Positions 12,146 to 24,649 are shown, counted from the first letter of the stretch. The stretch: 64,000 nt of DNA from Mobula hypostoma (GCF_963921235.1 NC_086097.1:215142001-215206000), one strand, 5' to 3'. The notes: generated by a model from the sequence alone, not told the origin. Program-made: numbers and translations.

Positions 12146-12984
12146 TGTGACAAGAATACACATAGATTAAGATGTAGCTAGCCTGGGCTGGCACCAGTGG
12201 AATCAGCAGTTGGTCTGCCACCTGTCTTCAGGAGAGAGAGAGAGAGATAAGGAAAACAATGGAGCAGCATTTGGAGATGTTAATGAAGGAAGGAGAGCTG
12301 TCAAGATCGGCTCCCCCTTTGAACCCTGAACTATTTGAATTGATGGACAGGCGATACCCCAGTAGGGGGATAAAAAGGGACAGGTTCGCTAAGGCAGGAC
12401 ACACACGACACCCGAGGTAACAAGACCCCTGGAAGTGGTGCGTCTCTCAAGTCGGTGGGAAGTACCGGGCCATAAACGCACAGGGTGGAAAGGCACGATC
12501 GGCGGGAACCTGGTGTGTGTCCACCCTTGCCTGGGTGCCAGGTTCACCGCAGGGAAACGATCGTATCTGGAAACGGAGGGGTCACGGTTGGTGACCTCAG
12601 GTGACATCACAAAGGACTCGCCCGAAAGCTGACTGCGAAGGTCTGTGTGGAAGCCTTGAATATTCATTCGTTTTTGCTCTCTCTCTCCTTCCCCCACACT
12701 GTCCATCTCCCACGGCAGCGATTACTGCGAACTGAACTGAACTTTGCGTCACTTTGAAACTGGTCATTTACCCCTAGACAACGATAGAGCTTGATTGATC
12801 CTGTTATCTGAATTCTGTGTACATGCATGTTTATCATTGCTGAACTGTTGCATTCATTATCCTTTTGATTAGAGTACTGTGTTGCTTGTTTCTTTAATAA
12901 AACTTTCTTAGTTCTAGTAATCCAGACTCCAACTGAGTGATCCATTTCTGCTGGTTTGGCAACCCAGTTACGGGGTACGTAACA
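12146..12984 (+). repeat. 3' LTR
   Basis: Matches 8208-9046 and follows the PPT. Confidence 0.95.
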
Positions 12985-13179
12985 CTGGAAAATCAATAAG
13001 TAGGGATAAGTAAGGAACTTGATAGTGGAAATCATAAGGGGAGAGGTAAAGGACGGTTAGAATCAGATGGTGAAAGTTGATCTCATGGGAGAAATTTGTG
13101 GGTAATAGGCAGCTGGAGGAAAAGGAATGAAAATAGATGATGGGAGTTGCAGAGGGGTATGGGGAAAGAGGACTCCTGT

Positions 13180-14110
13180 CTAATTTCAGGCTTATGGAAT
13201 TGGACTAATACCACGGGTTCTCCCACCTAATCCTGAGCTCCCAAAGTTTTTTTTCTTCTTACCCCGCAGCCATTCTTACCATGGCCCTCGCCGCCTTCAG
13301 GCTTTGTATCTTGTATCCTCCACCATACTTTTCCACTTGTTTTCCTGCTTGCCTGAAATCTGACCCCACTCCTCACTCTAGTTCCAATTCCTGCCAGGAT
13401 TCTACCATTTCTTCACTCCCCTCCCTTCCCCCCACCACCCCCAACCATCCCCTCTGATCTTATCATATCTTCCCCTTACCAGTGCCACACTACTCTATAA
13501 GTCCTTGGCCGCCTTCACTGCCACAGTGAGACCTACCCACACAACATCTAATGGTACAAAGCTTGTATTCTGCCTGGCAAGTCTATGGCCCAGTGGTAAA
13601 ATTGATTTCTCCAATTTTGGCTAACCCGTATCCTCCTGTGTTTCCATTATTTTCCCCATTGCACATCTGACATCATCTCTAGTACTCCCATTTTTGTTTG
13701 CTTTTCCATGGCTACCTGTGCTGCTCCTGGTTCCATTCACCTACAATGCACGCATTTCACCCACTGCATCCTCGCTACCATCTGGTTTCTCTTGCTCTTC
13801 ACCCTTCCTTTAATAGTGGCCGCCATCACACCAGCTTCACCCACCCCTTTCCCCACCTGGCTCCATTCTAGTTGATAATAACTGCTTCCATTTGCCTCTG
13901 TATCGCAACTACACCCATTCTTCCCTACTTGGCTCCATTTGCCCATTATCCTTCACTCCTCCTTGGTCCACCAAATTTGTACTAACCCCTCTTCCTCTTT
14001 ATACTGATTCATTTCCCTCTCCACTCAGTAGCATCTCAATAGTGTGGGCAATTCCTTCAGCAACCCCCTCCCCTGGACCCCAACCTGCCTGCCACAGATT
14101 CTACTCAGTT
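13180..14110 (+). mobile_element. Degenerate Penelope-like remnant (pyrimidine-rich)
   Basis: Resembles the GIY-YIG tail and pyrimidine-rich pLTR of other PLE copies in the window. Confidence 0.4.
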
Positions 14111-14576
14111 TTTATTAAACTGAAAAGTATTATGCTGTATTGGCAGCCTCTTCAGTAGATATTTAAATATATTCCTTTATTATAACAAGGCAAATCAACT
14201 TCCAGCCATTGACATTTCAGTAAGATTGTTGCCTTGATTTGTTGTCAAACATCTGACATGACTCCCAGTGTAGTCTAGTAAAGAACTGAAATTTTTCACC
14301 TGGGAATTCCTACTCAGATCATATGCTACATCATACCTGTGTAAAATCTGATATAACATTAATTTCAGTGTACATTCCAGGCTTGCTGCTTAGAGGACAA
14401 AGTGGAAGGTAAGTATTTTTCAATTTTTATACATGGCTTAATGATAATACCAAAATTTTTGTTTCTAATTAATTTAAAATATTTTTAATAAATTTCAACC
14501 TTAATAGTTTTCAAAAATCTGTTTGAATCATTTAACATCCTTTGAAGTAATTGACGGTGATAGAAAATGCTCTCTC

Positions 14577-15150
14577 TCCATAGGGTGTAGGAGCAGAATT
14601 AGGCCATTCAGCCTAGCGAGTCTTCTCCACCTATCCATAATGGCTGATTCCAGATCCCACTCAACCGCATACACCTGTTTATCTGTCTCCCTAACTATAG
14701 AGTCCCTTATTACTTCTGCCATCCTCTTCAGTTCCCGACTCTTCTGAACCAGAGGGCCACCCTCAGTACTAGAGGCACGGTGTCTGTTGCTTCCCCCAGG
14801 TACACCTTTCTCTCCCCCCCCCCCCCACAAACTGTACTCAAAATGGAGTACTTATTGTTGAGGGGGACAACCACAGGGGTGCTCTCCACTATCTGACGTT
14901 TTCCCTTTTCTCTCCTGACAGTCACCCATTTATCAGTCTCCTCTAGCCTTGGGTGACTACCTCCCTGTAGCTCCTCTCTGTCACCTCTTCACTTTCCCTA
15001 ACAAGCCAAAGGTTATCGAGCTGCAGCTCCAGTTCCCTAACACGGTCTCTAAGGAGCTGCATCTCAATGCACCTGGTACTAATGTGGCCATTGGGGACGT
15101 TGGTAGCCTCCCAGAAATCCCAGATTTGACACCCAGAACAGAACACTGGC
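14577..15150 (-). mobile_element. CR1 fragment: ORF1 (zinc-finger/leucine-zipper) piece joined to a CR1 3' end
   Basis: EPVFCSGCQIW...TRCIEMQLLRDRVRELELQLDNLWLVRE and VPLNNKYSIL are CR1 ORF1-like. Confidence 0.7.
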
Positions 15151-16075
15151 TCTGCAGATATACCCCCTGTACCTCCAGCTTTGAAATATTCCAAGCTATC
15201 GCAAATTCTTCGAAAAACCAAATGAACTCAGCAGGTGGAGCAGCAAAAGAATGGGTGATGCATTGAGTTGAAACCCTACCTCAATTTTTCTGAACACTGC
15301 ACCCAAATTGTAATCACCACTGAGATCTTGCTACCTGACTTGCAGAACCAATAGGGTCAGCCCCCATATCACACTGGATACTTAAATTCGAATGGCCAGG
15401 AGTTGTTAACAGCAAGATGAGCTTGAATGTCCCACAACTTCAAACTTTTTTTTAATGCTTTTCAGTAAAGTACTGCTTTAAGTGCATGATTTAAAAAGTA
15501 ATTCTTAAGTAACTTGGTGATTGAGCTTAATCTTACAATTACTTTTCTTGGGATCAGCTATTTAACTTGTGAGCAAGAAATCAATTACTGTATGACTATT
15601 TGCTTTGCTTTACTCTTTTTCTTCATATTGTTATAAGAATTTTCCCACTTATGACACTCTTATGGGAGCTGAAACAAAATTGCCTAAAATCTCAGATTGT
15701 TTAAAAATTCTTGCTCTTCCTCCTGACCCCCTCCCCTTTACTTGCAAATATTGAATTCCTTAGAAGTTTTTTTTTGCCATCAATTTTCTGATGAACATGG
15801 ATCTTACCCAGTTGTGCAAAATACTTGGGGAGTACTTTAAATGCTTGTTTTCTTTCATCTTCCTGCCAATTTCAATATGCAAAAAGTAATTAATCAATAA
15901 GGTAGTAGGTCAGTTAGAAGGACAAATGTTAAGTACACATTGATGACAACTCATGTTGCTGTGAATCCTATTCCTCACACATTGTATCTAATACAGTTAC
16001 AGATGTAACCTGTTTGAAGTTGCTACTTACTAGATATTTATCTTTATGACATGAATGTTTTCCTGATGTTTGCAG

Positions 16076-16096
16076 GAGCGGAACAGAAGCAAGTAG
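16076..16096 (+). CDS. YTHDF3: YTHDF3 terminal coding exon (ERNRSK*)
   Basis: Acceptor tttcctgatgtttgcag|GAG CGG AAC AGA AGC AAG TAG; phase 0 fits the donor at 1065; resembles the human YTHDF3 C-terminus ERNRNKQ. Confidence 0.88.
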   Translation, partial: ERNRSK

Positions 16097-18500
16097 GAAC
16101 TGAATGGAGAAGCTCCACCACATTTACAACACTAATGATACAAACCTTGGAAATGCCTAGTATCTTCAAGGAACATGATTATTGGAACTTTATTGCTCAA
16201 GGCAACCTCTACAGAACACTTGAACACAAAATTGGCTTTCTGTGTTGGTTCTCGTTAATGCATTTGCCCTTGTACACTTGTCTCACAAAACACATTTGAG
16301 CGCTATAACTTTGTCAAGCACTTTCTGCCATCCTAAGCTTTTATCAGTAATTCCTGTCTTTCTGAGCTCACCCTCTTAGATGAATTACAGAAATTGAGTG
16401 AAAGTGAGAAACCAATAACTTTTGATTTGAATTCGTCTAATACTAACAATGAGTGTAGGTTGGTCAATGATCTGAGATTTCAAAATGCTTGGCTCTTCAG
16501 AATATTTTCTGTTGTAGGATTTTTAAGTTAATTCTAACTCTTTTGAAACAATTTGGATATTGTGTAATTTTTAGTTCAATCAGATAAGTCCGATATGCCT
16601 ATGTGAAAATTATTGTAGACAATAAAGCAAATAAATTCAATTAATATTTTGCCAAATGTGAAACAAACCATAAGTTATGCAAGATTCTTACCCAAATTAT
16701 TCATGGTTTTGAAATATTTTTAAAAGTGTATGTGCAACCATTTGAATGCAATGATTTTTTTTCTTGTACTTTGTATTACATAGGCTTCAGAAAAGTACAT
16801 TTGTCTGAGGAGATACTAGATGTTTGATACGACCATTGATGAAACTGTCCTAAGTAAATGTACCTCAGTTTGATTTTTAAATTTTAGACTTATGTAATAT
16901 CTTTTAAATACAACTTCCTTGCTTTGAATATATGCCCTTCTGGCAGGAAACTATCATGGAAGTGATTTTTTTCCTCTAAATGATTCATTAGCTAAATAAA
17001 TCCATTACTTCTTTAGTGAGTGTTATGGCATGAGTTAATTTGCAATGTGGTTTCACATTTTCATTTTTCTGAGTACTACTTTACAGGGAATGAACTGATT
17101 TAGGAGATACTGAGCCCATTGTCTCCTGTTTACATATACCACATATATTCGGTCTCAGTGATGTAATTGCCTTAATTTATAATGTGTATTTTCAGTAGGT
17201 ACCAATAGCCTAATAGAAACAAAATGGACTTTTTATAAGCACAGTACTTAAATCACTGTTCATCCCTTGAAGGCTATTTAATTTATTTTAGTGCATTATT
17301 TTCAATGTATTTAAATTTGGCAGTCTCCAATGTGATCCTATAGTTGTCATGTATAATGTCCTGGGTCATTTAAAATCTATGGCTTTGTCAGGGGTGCATA
17401 CTTAAGAGTTTGCAGTGCCCAAGTAGTTTAAAACTGCATTGTGTACACAAAGTCATTATCACATATGATTTCATCGCTTCATTTTTGCATATGTTGGAAT
17501 TAAATTAACTAGTATGAAGACATTTGAGTGTGAATTAGCATCGATATGTATAACTTCTATGCATTTATATCATGGAGTTCCATGATTCAAATGTAATTTT
17601 TTTTCTTGAAATCCAACTATTATACTGACATAAGTTGGTGCAGTAATTGGAGAAATAAGAATGCAAAAATGCTAAGCTTCGCAGACTTTTGAAGCCATTT
17701 CTTGGTCTTCTGACTTACTTTCTAAATTGCTCTTAATTTTCCTTTGATTTAATCTTTGTATGCTGTTTATATGTTTTCCCAAATAACATTCGGCACCTAT
17801 AATGGGTAAAAGTATGATATTATATGTAAATTCCTAACTCCATTCATTGAGAAAATTTTAAGATTAGATCTGTAGCCTTAATATCCACAAACCTTGCATG
17901 CATTTTTGTCTCTGGTTCAGTATGTTGTATGAAATCATAATCTTGTGCAGACCTTTACAACGGAACTATCAGTACAGATGGGAAGTTTAATAATACGGTT
18001 TCTTCCCATATTTCAAAATTAATTGAATGTACACGATCAGAAAGTCATGTGTTTAATTTCTTTTAATTCTGGGTTAGTGAAAGAAGAACACTTAAAATTA
18101 GAGATGGATTAAAAGAATATGTACAACAGCGTATGTATTAAAGGAAGTGAAAATATTGCATAAATGCAATAGCACAAGTCTTTGATTGAGGAAGTTCAAT
18201 TTTTATCTCTGACATTGTAGAAGTGTCAAGTTATGAAATTCGAAGTCCTAAAGGGAACTCTCATTCTAATACACCGCTAATATAACCTGTTTAGTAAAGG
18301 TTATTTTGGAATGGCTTTGTAAAACTGAACTTTTGTTATTCAGATAGTTATCCAAGAAATAGAATAATGCAATCATAAACTTTAAAATTCTATTCTTTCT
18401 CATAGCCAATAATATTCCCATACCTTTATATGCATCTCAATGAAATGCTTATTGTTCTATTTTATTTAAAATAAAAGTAATTACTGTTTTATGCCTGCGC
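16097..18500 (+). other. YTHDF3: YTHDF3 3' UTR (putative)
   Basis: AT-rich stretch after the stop with no recognisable TE; AATAAA at 18470-18475; 3' end is uncertain. Confidence 0.65.
18470..18475 (+). promoter_or_regulatory. Candidate polyadenylation signal
   Basis: AATAAA near the end of the TE-free UTR; an alternative ATTAAA near 18587 is followed by a GT/T-rich tract. Confidence 0.45.
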
Positions 18501-18679
18501 TGATAACCCACAAGTTATACTTTATCTTCCCATGCACCATCGGTCACTTTCTCGTTCACAAATTTTGAATTGCTGTTTCATGTATAATTAAAAGTTAAAA
18601 GATCAAATTGTCTCATTTCATTGATTTGTGTATTTGATGTTTTCATTTTTTCTGCGGGCATATTTCTGCTTTGCAAGAT

Positions 18680-20005
18680 GTATTTCAGGATCCACAAATC
18701 TGACTCCCTGTAGGCCTATTGTTTCTGCCTGCTGCCCCATTGAAATTGTGTCTACATATACTAACTCCATTTTCTCCCTCTTGGTTCAGTCTCTTCCTAT
18801 TTGCATCCACCCTTTAAGTCACTTTCATTTCCCTGGTCCAAAAGGCCTTAAGGCTCTCCACTTCTTTCTGGGTAGCAAACCTAACCTTTCACCACCACCC
18901 TCAGTCTGGTGGAACTGGTTCATACCCTCAAAAAATTTATCTTTTGGATCCACCCACTTTCTTCAAACCAAAGATACAGCCATGGGCACTCATCATGGAG
19001 GCTAGTTATACCTGTTTTTTCATCAGCTGTGTGGAACAGTTATCTGCTATGTCCTGCACCCATACTGAGCTCGTCAATTTCACAAACTTTGCCTCCAACA
19101 TCCACCCTGCCCTCAACTTTACTTAGTCCATCTTTGGCATGTCTCTGCTTTTTATCAATCAGTCTGTCTCCATCTCTAGGGACAAGGCTATCCATCGACC
19201 TCTTGCAAACTCACTAATTTTCAGTTATCTTGACTACCTCTTCCCAACCAGTCCTCTCAAATCCTCCATCTGTCCTCAGGATGAGGCTGCCCATTTCAAT
19301 GTCTGAAATGTATTATTTTCTCTCTTCTCCCCCCCCCCCCCCGGCCAAAGAACAGGGTTCCCCTTCCACTTCATTGCCATCTATACTGACCTCACCTGCA
19401 TCTCATCTATTTCTTGCACATCTGCCCTTGCCCCATTCTCCCTTTTGCCACAACAGTAATGGGGTTCCCCTTGTTCTTATCACTCAACAAGCTTCCATAT
19501 CCTGCACATCATTCACCAAAACTTCAGCAATCTCCAACGGGATCCTACAGTTAAGCACAACTTCCCTTCCCATGCCTTTTGCTTACCGTAAGGTTTGTTC
19601 TGTATGTTTCCCTTGTCCACTTGTCCTTCCCATTGATCTCCTTCCTGGCACTTACCTCTGCAAGTTTGACAAGTGCTGCATCTAGCCATATACCAGCTCC
19701 CTCACCACAATACAGAGCCCCAATTAGTCCTTTCAGTTGAGGTGACTGTTCACTGCTGTTAAATTCCTCCTCATTCAGCTCCTTGCCTCTTCCACCTAGC
19801 CCATCTCAGCTTCTTTCTACATTCCCCTCTGTCCTCACCTATTACCTAGTAGCTTGTACTCATTCCCCTCCCCCATCTCATTCTTGCTTCTGCACCCTTT
19901 TCAGTCCTGATGAAGGGTCTTGGCCTGAAATGTCATCTGTTTATTCCCCTCTGTAGATGCTGCCTGACTTGCTGAGTTTCTCCAGCATTTTGTGTGAGAT
20001 TCAAG
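18680..20005 (+). mobile_element. Degenerate Penelope-like element (RT remnant to pLTR)
   Basis: FLQTKDTAMGT, FASNIHPALNFT, PGTYLCK; ends in cagtcCTGATGAagggtcttggcctGAAAtgtc at ~19902-19935. Confidence 0.75.
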
Positions 20006-20999
20006 TTTTCCACCAGTGTTTATTTCTCTGCTTTGTGCTGGTTGAATTGAATACACTTCTGTCTCTTTTTACAGCATGTTAGTTCCATTAAACTATTTCC
20101 TCATATATCTCACTTTTACAAAAGCAATCTCAAGAAATCTGTTCCTCTGCTCGATTTATACCCTAATGCATTCTGCTATTAAGTATTTGTTTTTTTTTCC
20201 GGTATGTTATCTCTAGATTACTCATGTCACTTTGCCATGGTATGCTCCAAATTGATTTATAGATTTCACATAAAATGCAATAAAATTTCCAGAAATTTGG
20301 TCAAAAGTAGAGTTTTAAAGGAAGATAACTGGAAAGATGAGGAAATGGGTCACACATTGGTTGGCTAATGAAATTTTTTATTTACCTCTCGACAGTAGAT
20401 TTTCAGCAGAAACAAGTCAATTCAATAAAACAATTTATAATCCAGTGTCTCAAATTGAATCTTAAGCAAGGAGGTGGGAGATAATGAATTCATTATTCTC
20501 TGGATAGTCCTAGATATTTGAATATATATGCTGTGAGTGAGTTGTTTTTAACCAATAGGTTCTTCATTTCTGAGATTGTACCTTACAGCCTCTTTAGTTC
20601 TTACAGGTTCAATGATTTTTAGATTATGGGTGACTTTGCAAAGATAAAACTTTTGCTAGAAGACTCAGGAATGGAGCTGGTGCTTAACGTTTACCAGGTT
20701 GTTTCCTGAACAAAGTCAACCATTTGCCTAGAGCTATTTTTTAGTTTGTGTGTCTCATAGCCTAACAAGGTCAGTGTCTGAAGAAAAAGTTTCATTTGCC
20801 ATTTCAAAGTTTGGGGTGGGATGGATGGAGATAAGATCAGTTGAATAGTGTTCCATTTCCATTCCCACACCTATGAAGAGATCGACCGAATCACTGAAAA
20901 ACAAGCTTGAAGCCCATGATTTACTACTGGAGTAGGAGCATACTGTTTGCTCTGGGGTGGGAACTTGTAGAAGTATTGAAACTGGCAACTTAAGCAGAC

Positions 21000-21450
21000 T
21001 AAACACAAGAACTTTCAGATGCTGGATATCCAGAGCAAGACACACAAAAGAACTCAGCAACACACATCAAAGTTGCTGGTGAACGCAGCAGGCCAGGCAG
21101 CATCTCTAGGAAGAGGTACAGTCGACGTTTCAGGCCGAGACCCTTCGTCAGGACTAACTGAAGGAAGAGTTAGTAAGAGATTTGAAAGTGGGAGGGAGAG
21201 GGGGAGATCCAAAATGATAGGAGAAGACAGGAGGGGGAGGGATGGAGCCAAGAGCTGGACAGGTGATTGGCAAAAGGGATATGAAAGAACTCAGCACATC
21301 TGGCAGCATCTATGGCGAGGAATCGATAATTGACATTTTGGGTCGAGATCCTTCATCAAGACTTGAAAGGGGAAGAAGCCAGAATTAAGCAGGTGGTAGA
21401 ATAGGAGGAGCACAAGCTTATAAGGTGATGGGTGAAGCCAGGTGGAGGGG
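21000..21450 (-). mobile_element. Penelope pLTR with a younger PLE fragment (21060-21283) nested inside
   Basis: 13-bp duplication AAAGAACTCAGCA at 21047-21059 and 21284-21296. Confidence 0.75.
21119..21156 (-). ncRNA. Minimal type I hammerhead ribozyme motif (PLE-associated)
   Basis: Minus strand UAGUC-CUGACGA-A-GGGUC-UC-GGCCU-GAAAC-GUC-GACUG: intact core, stem I AGUC/GACU, stem II, palindromic ACGU stem III. Confidence 0.75.
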
Positions 21451-21689
21451 ATCACTGTTGATGTTGAAAAGCCTACGGAACATGCACTGGATCCCAACTT
21501 TAGTGTGCTGGTTAAATTCACCAAATAATATTTGATAGCAGGTTTTTCATTTATAGAAAACTTGCTTCCTCTACCTTTTGAAATGTGACCTTTTTTTTAG
21601 GAGTAGTAAAATGGAAGAGTGTTGAGTTTTGTATGTAGAATGGCAAAATATGCAATAAAAGGATCATACAGATCTGGAAACACTTGGCA

Positions 21690-22045
21690 AATCAAGTGAC
21701 TTTATTTATTCTTGTCAGCTTGAACCATTCTGGCCATTATCCACTGACCTCATTAACAAGGCATTTTTGCCCACAGAACTGCCATTACTGGATTTTTTTT
21801 TTTTTGCACTATTCTGTAAACTACAGAGGCTGCTGCGCTTGAAAATCCAAGAAGATTTTCAATCATTCTACTGTCAAAGTCACTTAAATCACATTTCTTC
21901 CCCATTCTGATGTTTGGTCTGAACAAGAACTGAACCTCTTGACCATGTCTACCTGCTTCAATGCATTGAGTTGCTGCCACATGATTGGCTGACCAGATAT
22001 TTATTAAGGAGCAGGTGTACCTAACAAAGTGGCCACTGAGTGTGG
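21690..22045 (-). mobile_element. Tc1/mariner remnant
   Basis: IRMGKKCDLSDFD (Tc1 transposase N-terminus) and TIR-like CACTCAGTGGCCACTTTGTTAGGTACACC. Confidence 0.65.
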
Positions 22046-22246
22046 ATTCACAGATGTTTTAATGTTGTGCAAGCATAGCAGAACTGCCCCTCTGGCTCAC
22101 TGTAACTTTCTAACTGCCTGCACATGGTATGTATCCCTCTACACCCTGTGTATGCATGTGCCTCTCTCATTGCTTCTTAACAATCATAGCTGCTTCTACC
22201 AGTTGTCCCAGCAGTGCACTAATTTTTTTTTTAAAAACCTTGCCTT

Positions 22247-23625
22247 GTACATCTTTGCATCACCAATGGGGACAAGAGAGGTTCCGGAGGATTGGAGGGT
22301 TGCAGATGTTGTTCCCTTATTCAAGAAAGGGAGTAGAGATAGTCCAGGAAATTATAGACCAGTGAGTCTTACTTCAGTGGTTGGTAAGTTAATGGAGAAG
22401 ATCCTGAGAGGCAGGATTTATGAACATTTGGAGAGGCATAATATGATTAGGAATTGTCAGCATAGCTTTGTCAAAGGCAGGTTGTGCCTTACAAGCCTGA
22501 TTGAATTTTTTGAGGATGTGTCTAAACACACTGATGAAGGTAGAGCAGTAGATGTAGTGTATATGGATTTCAGCAAGGCATTTGATAAGGTCCCTATGCT
22601 GGGCTTATTGAGAAGGCAAGGAGGCATAGGTTCCATGGGGACCTTGCTTTGTGGATCCAGAGTTAGCTTGCCCACAGAAGGCAAAGAGTGGTTGTAGATG
22701 TGTCATATTTTGCATAGAGGTTGGTAACCAGTGGTGTGTCTCAGGGATCTGTTCTGGGACCCCTACGCTTCGTGATTTTTATAAATGACCTGGATGAAGA
22801 AGTGGAGGGAATGGTTAGTAAATATGCTGATGACACAAAGGTTGGGGGTGTTATGGGTAGTGTGGATGGCTGTCAGAGGTTACTGCGAGACAGCGATAGG
22901 ATGCAAAACTGGGCTGAGAAGTGGCAGGTGGAGTTCAACCCAGATATATGTGAGGTGATTCATTTTGGTAGGTCAAATATGATGGCAGAATATATTATTA
23001 ATGGTAAGACTCTTGGCAGTGTGGAGGATCAGGGATTTTGGGGTCTGAGTCCATTGGACACTCAAAGCTGCTGCGCAGGTTGACTCTGGTTAAGAAAGCA
23101 TATTGGCCTTTATCAACCGTGGGATTGAGTTCAAGGCTGAGAGGTAATGTTACAGCCCCCACTTGGAGTACTGTACTTAGTTTTGGTCATTTCACTACAG
23201 GAAGGATGTGGAAACAATAGAAAAGATGCAGAGGAGATTTACAAGGATGTTGCCTGGATTGGGGAGCATGCCTTATGAGAATAGTTTGATTGAACTTGGC
23301 CTTTTCTCCTTGGAGTGACGGAGGATGAGTGGTGACCTGGTAGAGGTGTATAAGATGATTAGAGGCATTGATTGTGTGGAGAGCTACAGAGGAGATGTCA
23401 TGGGTAAGTTTTTTTTACTCAGAGAGTGGTGAATGCATGGAATACACTGCCAGCGACGGTGGTGGAGGTGGATACAATAGGGTCTTTTAAGAGATTCTTG
23501 AATAGGTAGATGGAGCTTAGAAAAATAGAGGGCTATAGGTAACCCTAGGTAATTTCTAAAGTTACATGTTTGGCCCAGCATTGTGGGCGGAAGAGCCTAT
23601 ATTGTGCTGTAGGTTTTCTACGTTT
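22247..23625 (+). mobile_element. 5'-truncated CR1 LINE (RT, disrupted)
   Basis: EDWRVADVVPLFKKG...NYRPVSLTS, QGSVLGP, YADDTK; frameshifts. Confidence 0.9.
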
Positions 23626-24238
23626 CTATCCCCTTTAAAGTTTATCTCTCACCTTAAACCTATGCCCTCTACTTGGCATTTTCATTCTATTCCTGTCATA
23701 ATTTTATTAGGTTATCCCTCAGTTGCCACTCCGGAGAAAATAATCCAACCTTCTCCAACTTCTCCTTAGAGCTAATCCCGTCTCTGCATTGTGGTTGTTT
23801 GGTTAGAGAAATTTGGCCTCACAGAATTCACAAATCAAAACCCAAAAATCGAAGATATGGAATAAAATTCACTTAAGGAATTTTGAGGTGGTGGGGGAGT
23901 GGCTGTGAGGGATTGAATTAAATACAAAACAATCAAATTTTGTCATTTTAACATTTCCTTACACATGCACTGATAATAAACTATTTTCTTTCTTTCAGAA
24001 GGTTCTGTTTGTTGTCAGATCTTTTCCCCAGAATTTTCCATATTATTTGCCCAGTCACCGAGTTGTAAACCTAGACAGCCACTTGTCCATTGTGAGTTAC
24101 ATCATTAAATCAGCTTACACATTTAAATTCATATCAAATAGGGTAATAGCTCCATTCACACTGAAGGATGGATGGTGAAAGCATCTGTAGTGGTTTATCT
24201 CTCCAAACACAGCTGCTGTCCATTTAAATGATTGCCTT

Positions 24239-24366
24239 CACGAAAATCTGCAGATGCTGGAAATCCAAGCAACGCACACAAAATACTGGAGGAACGCAGC
24301 AGGCCAGGCAGCATCTATGGAAAAGAATACAGTTGATGTTTCAGGCCAAGACCCTTCACCAGGACT
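24239..24366 (-). mobile_element. Short Penelope pLTR insertion
   Basis: Same pLTR family; flanked by CATTTAA(AT/GA)GATTGCCTT duplication (24221-24238, 24367-24384). Confidence 0.7.
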
Positions 24367-24649
24367 CATTTAAGAGATTGCCTTAGCAGTTTCCAAAGCA
24401 AATGTGCTAAGTGAAAGCCTGTGATGAACCAGCAGCTGTTTTATTCAGAGTTAAAAGAAAACCATTTTGCAGAAACATATTTCCAATGCTATCATGAGAT
24501 TCAATGGGAAATATGAAGTTGCAATATGGAAAATAGTGACATAGATGATATTCTAGGAATGTGCCCCTCTGACATGAAATCTATGCTCTCCAATTTGCTT
24601 TTATCAGTTCTGACAGCATATTCCGATGGCAGTGTTGGATTTCCTGTTA

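Larger units (their letters stand above)
8208..12984 (+). mobile_element. Gmr1-like (SCAN-gag) Gypsy LTR retrotransposon, internally deleted, intronic
   Basis: Two 839-bp LTRs TGT...ACA (8208-9046, 12146-12984); 4-bp TSD CTGG (8204-8207, 12985-12988); tRNA-Pro-like PBS; PPT AAAGGGGGGAAG (12134-12145). Confidence 0.95.

Noticed and set aside
22029..22697. 222-aa ORF as a novel gene
   Set aside because: Chance fusion of flanking sequence with a CR1 RT fragment; the same applies to 30238-30816.
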